This document shows positions 34,647 to 46,225 of a DNA stretch of 64,000 bases, piece after piece; the first letter of the stretch is position 1; each line of letters opens with the position of its first letter. Under the pieces are notes generated by a model that did no database searches, was not told the DNA's origin, and saw only the letters and a program-made list of their open reading frames with translations. This DNA is from Moniliella sp. 'wahieum' (taxonomy: Eukaryota), in contig RSEE01000064.1 of NCBI GenBank assembly GCA_003971905.1, positions 248,001 through 312,000 on the forward strand. The letters are read 5' to 3'. Made by a program: the position numbers and the translations under genes.

Positions 34647-37399
34647 TCACGAGTAATCCTCCTCTTCGTCCGTCAACTCCTCTACGGCCTCGATCCCGCC
34701 ATGACGACCGCCCAGTCCGCGGCGTTTGGCCCAGTGCCATCCGTCGGAATAGGGAGCAACGCGGATAGGGAGCAAGATCGATGCCCATCCCCTTGCGTCT
34801 CGGTGGGGCCGGCACGCCGAGGCCAACGCGGAAGTGGAAGTAGAAGTGGAAGAGGCAGAGGCAGATGCAGAAGCAGAGCAGAGGCAGAAGAAGAAGAACG
34901 AAGGTGCTGCGGGAGGGAGCTTAGCCCCAGCCCCAGACCCAGGCGCAGTAGCAAAGCCTCGGTCCCCCCTCGAAGCTCTGGTTGACCTCTCCAGTCCACT
35001 CGAGCCACTGGGTGCACATGTACTGGGATTCCGCCTGACGACGCTGGTCCCGCCGGGTCAGCCAGGCCGACATGGAAGAGCAGGCGCAAATTCTGTACCG
35101 CGCCGAGATCGTAGACGTTGACGAACCGTTGACCGCGTCGGCGTGCGAGCATATCGTAATGCTGTTATCGTGTGACTCGACGGAGGTTTCCCCCCGCGCG
35201 ACGAGCAAGATTTGCCATGCAGCCATGACGGCGACTCCTAAGCCAATGACCAAGGCTAAGGTCCACGTGAGCAGTACGCACACGCGGGGCGTGTAAGTAT
35301 GCGTCCAAGTGTGAGGCGCAGTAAAAGCTTGTCGTGCCACGGGGAAGCCCGTGGCACTGATAATGATACAGGCTACGCCTAGCCACGCCATGAACAAGAC
35401 AAAGTACCGCTCGTTGCCCAGGCCAACACATTGGTTCAGCCAGGGACAGTGGTGGTCCTACGCCCAAGTGCCCGGGAAAGCAAAAGTAACAAAACCGAAA
35501 CGAAAACGAAAACGGTCAGTTCCATCTCGTGCTGCATTCTCCCTTGAGAGGGGGGACGAAGCGGATGCAGGCGAAGCAAGCGCAGCCAAAGGGGCAAGCA
35601 GGGGGGCAGGGGGGGGGGGGGCACGTACGTATTTCAAGATACACGTCTTGCACACTGAGCAGTGATGCGTACGTTCCGGTTTGGGAGGGGGTACAAGTAC
35701 CCAAGCCTCCTCCTCTCCTAACCAAGCACGAATATCGTCCTCGGTTTCGTCCTGTGCTAATGCTACGCCTGTGTCGTCAGGGGGCGCCAGCGCAGCAGAC
35801 GTATCTTCATCACTTGCGCTGCTGTGGTGGGCCAAGCCAGCCGATCGTGGTGGCCACGCATGTTTGCTCCGCATTGCCCGTTCCATCGAACGAATCTCAG
35901 GCGGCAACGCGGCCAACGCTTTGAACAGCGGTACCTTGGGACACTTGTGGCACATCTTTGTCACGGGGAACAGATCGTCCGAATCAATGTCTTCCAGCAC
36001 TGGGTCGGCACCTACTGCGCCCCGTGCGCCACTTGTGCCAGCCACCAACGCCGCGCTCGGCATGTCGAGCGAGCTGCGTGAGCTCGAGGCGAAGCCAGCG
36101 CCACTCCCCCCGGCAACGGGGTAGGAAGGCGATACATTCTGACCCATCGGTCCCATCGGCCCCATCGATCCGCCGGGGGGGAACTGGAAGCCTTGGGTCA
36201 TCGGCATTGTGGGCATGTGGTGGATAGCACCAGCGCGCGGCGTGGGGCAATCAAGACGTCGGCGTTTCGAGCGGATAAGGAACCAAGGCTAGCGCCGGTG
36301 CGGTGGCCTGCACGGCTGCTGAGGCCAATGAGATCGTCTGGGCGACCTGGGGTGGGTGCAGTGGGTGCGGCGGATGTCGCGGATGTCGCGGAGGTGTGGG
36401 GAGCATACAGGTCCTGTTCCAGCGCAGCGTCGGGCGTGTGGGCGCGGCGAGGTTCGGGGGAACGGGTGGGGAGGCGAGCGCGTGCGCCACGGGGTTATAG
36501 TGCGACGTACCAGGAGAAGAGGAAGGAGGCGCCGGGCTGCTACTTTCCGCTCCTGGTACCGGTACCGGCGCCGGCACGTGCGTGGCGGGACCAACCAAAC
36601 CAGGGTCCGGAGCGGTGTGGGATCCCGATCCGGCCGTCCTCGCATTCCCTCCGCCGGCAGGGCCAAGGGAGAGACGAGAGGGGTGGTTCGCGGCATTGGC
36701 ATTGGCATTGACATTGGCATTGACATTGACACTGGCCTTGGCATTGTGTTCTTGTCGTGCGCGTGCGCGTGCGAGCCGCTCACTAGATTCGCTAGCTTTG
36801 AGTAGCTTGATCGGCTTGGAAGGCACGACGACCAAGTCGGAATGGGCGCGGAGCGAGACGGGCGAAGCGCGAGCAACACGTTTGCGCATGGTGAGCCACC
36901 AGTGTGTGCTGCCTGGTCCGATGCGGTGTTCGTGGAGGGAAGGAGCGAGGCCTGTCATCACGCCCCCGGGAGGCTCGGTGGTGGCCATGTAGTAGTGGAA
37001 AAAGACACTGTAGCCGATAAACATACACGCCGCCAGCGTTGCCCAAAAGCGCGCCAGCAGCAGTGGTTCAGCGACGAGGGCGTGGCAGGTGAGCCGCGGG
37101 AGGGCGAGGACGGATGCGTGGGCGTCCCAGAGCGGGGCATAGGACGCCGGGAAGGGAGTCAAGACGGCGAACATGGTCGTGACTGGGAATCAAGACGGGT
37201 CAGCAGGGTGGCGGCGCTGGTCACGGAGGAGGGCAAGGCAAGACGCACAGTAGGACCAGGCGCCCATGGCGACCAGGGCCCAGCAGAGCACGATGAAGAC
37301 GGGTCCGGCGGCGCCGGTGAGCCAGTCGGCAAACGCCTCGAAGCGGCGGAAGGCGCGGTGGACGAAGGTGGCGCTGAAGCGCAGCAGGCGGCCCAGCAT
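34647..37399 (-). CDS. DHHC palmitoyltransferase, ZDHHC16-like
   Basis: FADWLTGAAGPVFIVLCWAL; FFHYYMATTEPPG; CHKC...KPERTHHCSVCKTCILKY | intron 35628-35458 | DHHCPWLNQCVGLGNERYFVLFM; GETSVESHDN; FVNVYDLG; C-terminus EELTDEEEDYS*. Additional intron 37248-37183. Confidence 0.93.
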
Positions 37400-37539
37400 G
37401 GCGCCTGGGATGCGGGGCGGCGAGGAGAAGCGGCGGCGAGGCGAGACGAGGAGGCGAGATGTAAGCGCTAAGCGGCACACCAATCCAAGTCAATTCAATT
37501 AATTCAATTCAATTTAATTCCACCGACGCGCTTGCTCCG

Positions 37540-37550
37540 TAGGGTTAGGG
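37540..37550. promoter_or_regulatory. Telomere-like TAGGGTTAGGG motif in short divergent promoter
   Basis: Lies in the roughly 260-bp gap between the DHHC ATG (37399) and the INO80F-like ATG (37662). Confidence 0.35.
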
Positions 37551-37661
37551 TGGAAAGCCAGCGCAACGAACGCGACCCGCTTCCGACATCTCACTTGAGC
37601 TTGGCTCTTGCCCGCGCCATCTCACAGCACCTTGTCCCCCGAACCCCATCTGCCGCCCGCC

Positions 37662-38584
37662 ATGGGCTCCTCTGCGCCTGCCCCCCCCGCGCCCGACAAG
37701 GACAAGGAGAAGGACAAGGACAAGGCCAATCTCGGTGGCGGCGGCGTCGGCGCCGGCAAGCACAAGAGCAAAGCCTACAACACCACCCTTGCCCTCCGCT
37801 CCGACGCAGCCAAGTACCGCGCCAAGTACAAGGACCTCAAGCGCCAAGTCCTCCTCATCGAAAGCCAGAACGACCAGATGCACAACAACGTTGCAGCTTA
37901 AGCGCAACATCCAGCGTATGCGTCTGGAACGTGCGTACGTACCTTTCCTCGCCTCCCTGCCCCGCGTCAACGTCAACGTCAACGTCCATGTCAACGTCGA
38001 CGTCGATGGCGACCCACAACCCCTATCCCCGCATTTCACACCAACTGACCCACTGCCTTACCCACGCCCACGCCGCATGTGGCCCACAGCTTGCTGTATG
38101 AGAAGATGGAGGCGGAGGTTCTGGCCATGGAACAGCTCGAGATGGAGCTCGACCCGACCGCGCACCCTGCCGACACGGGTCTGGACAAGAGCTTGACCAC
38201 TGGAAATGGCACGAGCACTGCCCACCCCGATGAAGCGGGTGATCATACTACTGCCACTGCCACTGCCACTGCCACATCCAACCCGGCCCTGCAGGCAGAA
38301 CAAGCGGGCACTTCGCGTTCCCCTCGTTCTTCACGGCGCGAACGCGAGCAGGACCGAGACCTGCCACGAGGCCGAAGCTACTCTTCTTCCCCTGAGTCGG
38401 ACCGACGTCACGGGCGCGACATTAGTCGTTCTCGTTCTCCTTCTGCGTACCGGCACCGCAGTGGTGCGGACTACTCTCCCCCGATGCCGATGTCGATGCC
38501 GATGGGCCAGGGGAGGAAGCCTTGGATCCCTCTCCGGCCCGGCGAACTGTGCGGGACTACTCGTCGTCCGAAGAAGAGTTCTAG
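37662..38584 (+). CDS. Small coiled-coil protein with INO80 complex subunit F (TFPT/Nhp10-N)-like domain
   Basis: KYRAKYKDLKRQVLLIESQNDQMHNNV..LKRNIQRMRLERA | intron 37935-38089 | LLYEKMEAE, followed by an RS-rich low-complexity tail. Stop uncertain (38584 or 38792). Confidence 0.7.
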
Positions 38585-39076
38585 TTGGTGTACCTCTAAC
38601 CTAAACCTACGAGGGCGTGCGCCGGGGCGGGGGCGCGTTTCCGCATCGCATGGGGGTAGTCTCAGCGTGTCAGCGGCCAGAACAGTGGAGTTGTATCGTC
38701 TTTGTATCCTATCGATCCAACAGAATCCAACGCAGGGTGCGCCAGGGAGAGGGGTACAGAATTCAGAGGGTGGGGTGACGGAGATGGGGTGAGAAAAGGT
38801 CCGAAGTCCAGCATGCCGCCGTGTGGGGACGGGGAAGACATGCAGGTAAAGGAAAACCTCTCGCAAAGGGAACTGAAGCAAGGGATGACAAAAGACAAAA
38901 GGGGTAGATGATCCCAGTGTAGGAGCGGAGAGGGGGAGGGGGCTGATATATCTGTGGGAGCAGATGTGCTGACTTTTCCGATGGGCAGCGTAGTAGGTTT
39001 GGTGGGGAGGGGGGAAAGGGGGAGGGGGAGGGGGAGGGGGAGGGGGGAAGCTGTCCACATGGTGCACTTCTCAAGT

Positions 39077-40528
39077 TTAGAGCAACGCCATCCCCGCTCC
39101 TAGCGCAGCGACCACAGCCACTGCGGCCCCTACGACCGTCTTGACGGCTGCGGACTTTTTAGGTTGTGCCGACGAGCCAATCAAGCTGCTTGCGACGCTG
39201 GCCGAGGTGGCCTGGGCTGCGGCGGAAGCCGAGGGTGAGGCAGAGAGGTGGGTAGTGGCAAGGTGGCGGCGGTGGTAGGGAGAGAAGAAAGGGCCGCAGG
39301 CTCTGTGGACGAAGGCACAGGGAGTACACTGTTCTTGTCTACATACCCAATGCGAGCAAGCCATTGCTAATTGTCGACACGGCCGAGCAAGAGCTTGGAG
39401 TCGGGTACGAGTACGCAGCGGACGGGGTTACCTGGTCCTCCTGTGCGTTCTGGTACGAGTAGGCGGTGGCGCCTACAGTGTAGATACCCGAAAAGTACTG
39501 TTGGAAAGTGGAGGTGGAGCCGTCGGGTTGCGGGTACAGGCCAGGCGGGTAAGCCGAGTCGGCCTCGCACGATTCAAACGTCCCGTTGGTAAGGGGAAGT
39601 TGGGCCATGACGAACTGGCATCCCATTTCGTCGAGGGTGTGCTGACATTCGGTCGTTGGCGTTGCCTCGTCCGAACCGGCAATGCACACACGGAAACACA
39701 TTTCGGACGAAGAGATGTAGTTCATCCACTCTTCGTAAAACACATCCGTCTTGCCATCTTGGATGTTGGAGGTGACATTGCCGCCCACAGGATTGCCCAT
39801 GTTGGTCGCACCGTGAGGATCCAACTCTCCTCCCGAGTCACCGGGAGCGACATTGATGTTGGTAAAGTCGCCGAGCGTGGCGTAGAGCTGGAGGTACAGC
39901 GTCTTGACGAACTGGACCGCAGTGACGGTACCATCGGGCTAGAGGAGAGAAAAAACAGAGAAAGCAGACGTCAGCCCATGGGCTCGGGGATCCAGCAAAG
40001 AAAGAAAGGACAAGAAGCACAGAGGGCAGGACGGTCAGAGAACGTACGATGACACGGGCATTGTTGCGAGGCTTGGTACAGTAAGCGACCGTCGTTTGTT
40101 CCAAATCTCCTAGGGTGTCGGTATTGTTAAGGGGAGAAGGGGCAAACGTGCACCAGTCATCGATGGAGTTGACACTGGCCAAGCGGGAGTCCGAAGTCTG
40201 GTTGATAGCCGTGTTGAGTTGGGGTTCGTCGGGGTTGGTGGGACCGTTCTTGCCGCGGCCGGTGACGCCCCAGTAGGTAGGACTGGGGGAGCCGTACGAG
40301 AAGGGGGCGGGGCTGGCAACGGACCAGACACCTACATCAGTAGCAAGCGTCGTGGTAATTGGCATGGTGGTGACCACCGACACGGACGACGTTTTGGTCA
40401 CTGCCCGCTTGTCGACCATTGCGTTGGGGGGCTGGGCTGCGGGCCTCGGGACGGTAGAGGATGGCGCGTGCGGACACGCTGCTGGCCGCAGCCAGAGCAG
40501 CAACAAGAGACGATCCCACGACGTGCAT
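39077..40528 (-). CDS. Secreted GPI-anchored mannoprotein, MP88/macrophage-activating glycoprotein family
   Basis: Signal peptide MHVVGSSLVAALAAASSVSA; KR site; SRLASVNSIDDWCTFAP; VAYCTKPRNNARVI | intron 40047-39939 | PDGTVTAVQFVKT; ELDPHGATNMGNPVGGNV; EWMNYISSSEMCFRVC; CQHTLDEMGCQFVM; FESCEAD; S/A-rich stalk and hydrophobic tail VVGAAVAVVAALGAGMALL*. Confidence 0.9.
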
Positions 40529-43500
40529 CGGTGGTCTGGAAGCAGGGAAAGAGGGACGAAGAGGGTAGCTGTTGCTGGCTGGTCGGCGGTGGGGGTTGGG
40601 GACGGCCATCTCCCTTTATACCCCGTCCGTGGACAGCAACGGATAGCCGCCCGCAGCAGAGGGCGTCCCAGTGGGCAGCATGTACCATGTATGTCATGGC
40701 GCCCAGCTGCGCCCCGAGGCTGGCGCCGTGCTCGTCAGCGCGTCAAGTCACTAGGGACTAGGGGTACGAGAGTCGCAGGCCTACTACTAGGATGATCGAG
40801 ATAATCACCATCGATCATCGACCACTTCTCCCATGTTCATGACCATGGCACCGCGGTCACGCGGTCACGTTCAGCGTGCAAGTGAACGAGCCCATGTCAC
40901 ACGTCCTGTTGGTGGCCATCCAGCCGCACCCGCAAGCGGCTGGCCTGGCCTGGGCTTGGACGGCGACAGTGCAGTGCTCCGACCTGTGGTATAGGACTGC
41001 TAGGACGTGCGCCGGACGAACCTAGGCGACCTAGGCGACCCACAAGGCGACTCAGTACTCATGACGCTTGAAGCTACCCACGCCTGTGGCCCACAAGCAG
41101 GTGGTGCGGATCAACCCAGCGAGACTGGCGGTGTACAGTGGGGGGTGAGATAGCAGCTAGATCGGCCAGTGCGATCAGAAATCACAGATCGGTGTAGATC
41201 GCACCGACGCCGGCCGTGTGCCCATCACATGTCATGTCACATGCTCCCACCGCCCTCACACAGGCCTCAGGCTCAGGCCTCACAACCCCGTCTTTTGGCC
41301 GATCGCTAGCACAGGGCAGGTGTAAAGGCAGTGAGGCCGTGAGGCCTGAGGATTGGGTGCCGTTTGCGTCTCGTGGGGAGAGGGTGATGGTCAGCCTGAT
41401 CGCTGAGCCTCAGCAGCTCGGCCCGTTTCTATCATCCACATTATCCCCTCTTTGCACCCGGCAGTTCTGCGTGTGGCGGTCAGAAGAAGACTGGCAGATA
41501 ATGTTGGGGCCCTGAAGCCTGAGATGCTGAGGGCGTTGAGCCTGTGTGTGCATGTGATCGATGATCTGAGGCGGGTGTGCTATACACATTGGGCAAATGG
41601 TGGCACAAAATGGACACCCTCGGCACACGGCGTATACTATTACTTTGCGGACGCGTCCTGTTTCCTCCTATCTGCCAAACTAGATCATGTTGGAGGATGA
41701 TCTCGATGCTCCCTCAGCACTCTCGGGCTGACACTGAGTACTACCTGAGGCCTGAGCGAGCGCTCAGGCCGCTCAGGCTGAGCGCTGATCGATTGTCCTG
41801 AGTTTGATGTTGAGTGTATCAGTGATGGTCCTGCTGATGCTCTAGAAGCTGCTCAGGCTGAGCGCTGAAGTGAACCTGAACGTCTAAACGCCTAAAGGCA
41901 TCTCGTCATCATGATCGATGATGTCGCTGATGCCAGGATGGAAGAAAGTCTCTGTCGGCGCCTAATGTACCTCTACTCCGATCGACGAACAAGGCGGTGG
42001 CGACACAAGCATGGTCTTCACCGGGGCTCACATATGTTCATCGGCATCGGTTCTATCTATGCAATCAACAAGAAAAGCCCCAAATCTATCCCTCCGTCTT
42101 GCTGAAATGGCTCATTCTCTCTCACCTTGCCGCTGCTGCCAATGCATACGGTCCTGGCTGCCTCTCTGGTTATCCATGCGTGGTTGCGAAGTTAGGCCGG
42201 TGTTTTGGCGGATGCTTACTAGTTGGAGCATGATGCATGATGCATGGGATGAAACGTGTGTGAGGGCCTTGAAGTCAAGCGTCAACGCGTCAAAGCTTCA
42301 AGCTTCAAGCTTCAATGTCTTCAACAGGAAGGTCAGTGGATGAAGACCATCTACGGTCTAGCTTGCCGCACAGAGACACCTACCTACTCTCACTCAGTAC
42401 TCATCGATCATCGTCCATGCATGGTTACTACTAAGGCTTAGTACTAATCGACGTACACCCCCGAAGAACTTCATCGATGCCAATAATTTACCTTGCACTA
42501 CACACACAATCCAAACGAAACCGAAACCCGGCCAAAATGTGGTTCTCTCTTCGAGCGTACGCGAATCCATGTCACAACCCTTTTCTTGTCACTTTGGCGA
42601 GACGGACATACAACAGACTCGATGGCGATGCGATCCATGATCCATGTTCCATCGCGGTTTCTCACCGGCGCACGAGTGGTGCTTCTCCCGCATCGCAACA
42701 TTAACCTCGGCAGTGAAGTGTGACGATGAGAACGTACATGAACCTATAGCAGGGTTCTCAACCGGAGAGATAGATGCTTTCAACGTGCGTGTTTGCTTCA
42801 GGTCTCCGAACCTGCCAGAGATTTCACTTAATTTGCGCGCGTGAGGCCCTCAATAGACCCGAAGTCTGATGGTCGATGCGATGGCGAAGGTGGTCGAGTC
42901 CGTATCTGGAGAAGTCGTACTACCAATGGAAGAGGAAGAGAGCGGTCTGGGGGGGAAAGGGTACACTCCGGTGACAACAAACAGTATGTTGTGCCCAAAT
43001 CCACTGCAACATCAACACCAATCATCGGCCCGTTGATCCATATTGGGGCTTTTGGGCACGAGATGCGGATCTATGCCAGTGATGCTAGGAGGATGCATGA
43101 TGCAGGTATAATGAGGGATACATATACCATGGTTTATCGTATCGGATGGTCTTGGCAGCCTTAGGTGGCCTGCTTGTGGCAAGCCGCCAAAACCCGCAAA
43201 CTGCACAGTCCGTTTTGCCCCAAACAAGACTCGACGGATGGGGTCCAATCCGCAAGAACCAAGAACTTTACTAGTTACTGCCATGGAAGAACCAACAACA
43301 ACAGCGTTGCATGTCGATGTGTATGCCAGCGGGGCATCCGGTGTCCATGAGGGAGGGTTGTGTTGACATGTCAAGTTGACCGGCCTGGAAGATCTCCGAG
43401 CAGGCTGCTCTCTCGGCCGCCCATTCCAAGATCGACCCTATTAACCCGCCGACATACAAAGTTGGACCACCGACGTTGAAATTGAAATTGCACCGTGCGG

Positions 43501-43686
43501 GAATGCGCAGCCTCGGGCGGAAGCACGCATTCCGCCCGGTTGGGGACTCCGCACCGAGGCGCGAAGAACGGGGCGCGAGGCCACTGGTACGCTCGAAGGG
43601 GACAGCGAATAATCCAGTCGAGAGCCGCCGATCCACCAACGCCAACTCGTCCCTCTTTGCGCTCCCTCCGTGGCTCCCCTTCTTCC

Positions 43687-45073
43687 ATGGCGCAGTTGGG
43701 TGGCCTGTCTCTGGGCGTCGGCTGCGTCCGCTGTTATGCGCCGGGCGCATGGCGTGGCTGCTCCCGTCGCTCGGGCCGGCGTGGCCGGTATTCGCGCGTT
43801 CTGCGGCCTGGCCTGGGCGTGGGCCTGTTCCCGCGCTGACTGCGGCGTGTCACCGCTGTTCCACCACGCCTTCTCTTCCACCGCCCGCGCCGCCTGGACC
43901 CTTCGCCCATTTCGCCCGCCAAAACGTCTCGGACAGTCAAACCCCGCCCTGCCCCTCCTGGCCCTGCCAAGCGCGCCCCTCCTGCCGCGGAGGCACCTAC
44001 CAAACGGACCCCGGCTCCTTCGGCTACGCCTACGCCTACGCCTGCCTCCACGCATGCTCCCTACTCCTCTGCGGACCGATCCACCATCACCGAGTCGGTG
44101 GTGGGCGCGAAATTGTCCGATGACCCCGTGGTGATCTACCGTGGCGGGGCAGCGTCTGCGACGCTGTTCAATGATGTGGTGGGCCTACTGTTTCTGCTTG
44201 TGGGCGGTACGTTTTCGTATATGATTTTGAACTACTTGCCCTGGCCGTTACCCTTTTTTTGGGTTTGATGCGTCGGATCCGGAAAAGTCTCAACCTGCTC
44301 CGCTTTGGTTGCGGGTGGTGGCGTCGGTGTTTGTAGCGCTGCTCGGGGTGGGGGTACGTTGTACTTTATTGGACTCCAAGCTCGAGCGATCACGCGCATG
44401 ACGCTCCACCTCAAGTCGGGCTTGGTCGCGGTCCGCACGGTCAAACCGACACTGTGGTGGTACGTTCCGAGCCGGTGGTGTGACTCGGCCAAGCACGGCG
44501 TACGCCATCCGTTGTGCACGACCGATGGTCGGATCGGCAGCCCAGTGGACAAACACGTGCGCGTCTTCTCCCTCGAAAGGGTGTTTATGCACATCAATCG
44601 TTCGTCCATCCAGTACCATCTGCGCAACGACTTGATGCCGATGGAAGTCGCGCAGCTGTTCCAGGTACTTCCCAAGCCGCAGACACGTCAACTCAAGAAC
44701 GGCAAGTACACCTCGAAAGAATCGGCCGACCGAGAAGATATGACCCTTCATGCTTGTGCGTCCGTAAGGTGCTGTTTGGCTTGCGTGCCAGTGGCGGTCG
44801 GCCCGAAGCCAAAACGGGGTACTGGTTAACCCGCGCTTGGCGGGAACTGATGCTGCCCCGTTGCGACTGGGCCGATGGTCTGCGGCGGAGGCCAAGGCGA
44901 TTCGCGCCGAGGGCGACGCCTACCTCAACCGGCTGATCGAGCTACAGGCCAAGCAATCCAGAATGGATCCAGCGCAGCTGCACAGCAAGATCATGCCCGA
45001 CGGCTTGGCTGAGCGGCAAGTGTGGTTCCGCAACCGCAAGGACTTTGATGACTTGTTCCCCGAAGCCATGTGA
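43687..45073 (+). CDS. Putative mitochondrial two-TM inner-membrane protein (TMEM223/Mrx15-like)
   Basis: Presequence-like RAGVAGIRAF...FSSTARAAW; VVIYRG; TM1 VVGLLFLLVGGTFSYMIL; APLWLRVVASVFVALLGVG (TM2); RAITRMTLHL; C-terminal WFRNRKDFDDLFP. Family assignment is by motif resemblance only; frameshifted. Confidence 0.55.
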
Positions 45074-45686
45074 GCTGCCAAAGCACGCGCTGGGTGCATG
45101 CGGGTGCATGCGTGCTGGACGTGTGGCGATGGGTGCCAGCAACACTCTGTCGATCCATACGCGATCCAATCCATTCCCATGCGAGAGGATGTGTTGAGGA
45201 CGAGAGAGTTAGACGTCGGCGTGGGTCGGATGGCGGTCGCATGTGATGTGACATGGGACTGAGGTAGCAGTGGTCGCGTCACAGTGACAGGCCAGTGGAA
45301 GTGGGTCACGCGGTCACGTGCGATCCTCACGTGTCGCATGTGCTGCACGTGACGCTTCCATCACTACGAGAGGCTGCCATTTCACATTTCAATCTGACCC
45401 CGAGACTTGAGGCATCACACATCACACACGCATCACATCGGACAGCATGCCATGCCGCATGGGGCGATAGGGTTACCCAGGCGAGGGGGCAGACGGGCGT
45501 AGGGTTGCACCATGCTCGGGCGCAATGAAAAGGGAGCCGCAGCGGGGGGGTGGGGAGCCGGCAGGGGCACAGGCGCTGTGTCCCACGCAGTGCGACTGGG
45601 TGGGCGCTGGCCCAGGCTGGGCTTGCCGTGCCTTGTCTTCCGCCGGCTCTGCTCTACCAAGCCAACGCCCGCCTGGAGTGGTCCCA

Positions 45687-46225
45687 AGTGAGTACCTTGC
45701 CCAATCCGAATCCTACGCGTCGCTCAACCCGGCGCGTGCTCCTCCCCTCCCATGCCTACGCCCCCCCCCCCCCCGCGGGCCGGACGCGCACCGACGCGGG
45801 CGACGTGCGCGTGAGAGATGGCATATGGGGGATGGGAAACGGTGAACAGCAGATGGGAGATGGGAGATGGGAATTGAGAATTGGGACCAAGTTGGCTAAC
45901 GTTAGGTTCTTTGTGTGCAGTGCCTCCGAAGAAATCGGCGATCCTGGCTTCGGCCACCAAGAGCGCGAAGAAAAAGAAGTGGAGCAAGGGCAAGGTGAAG
46001 GACAAGGCGCAAAACAATGTGGTGTTGGACAAGGCGACGTACGACCGGATCATCAAGGAGGTGCCGACGTTTAAGTTTATTTCGCAGTCGACGTTGATTG
46101 ACCGGTTGAAGATCAATGGTTCCCTTGCCCGTCGCGCCATTCGCCACTTGGAACAGGAAGGCCAGATTAAGCGCGTGGTGCACCACCATGCCCAGTTGGT
46201 CTACACGCGCGCCACGTCGGACTAG
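45687..46225 (+). CDS. RPS25: 40S ribosomal protein S25 (eS25)
   Basis: A(45687) | intron 45688-45920 (GTGAGT..gctaac..GCAG) | TG CCT CCG AAG gives MPPKKSAILASATKSAKKKKWSKGKVKDKAQNNVVLDKATYDRIIKEVPTFKFISQSTLIDRLKINGSLARRAIRHL...QLVYTRATSD*. Confidence 0.97.

Noticed and set aside
16593..37399. Glycolipid-type biosynthetic cluster (glycosyltransferase, acyl-CoA synthetase, acyltransferase, MFS, Nudix)
   Set aside because: Each gene matches a broadly conserved housekeeping family (ATG26, FAA1, ZDHHC16, Vps73-like, NUDT19). No P450, FAS/PKS/NRPS, Mac/Mat-type acyltransferase or cluster regulator is present.
42480..43400. Gene in the lower-GC stretch upstream of the TMEM223-like gene
   Set aside because: Only short ORFs in all frames with no recognisable motif, so I cannot support a call.
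44837..45073. QCR7 (cytochrome bc1 subunit 7) suggested by the short ORF ending KDFDDLFPEAM
   Set aside because: Lacks the GYR..GL..DD motif; better read as the frameshifted C-terminus of the upstream two-TM protein.
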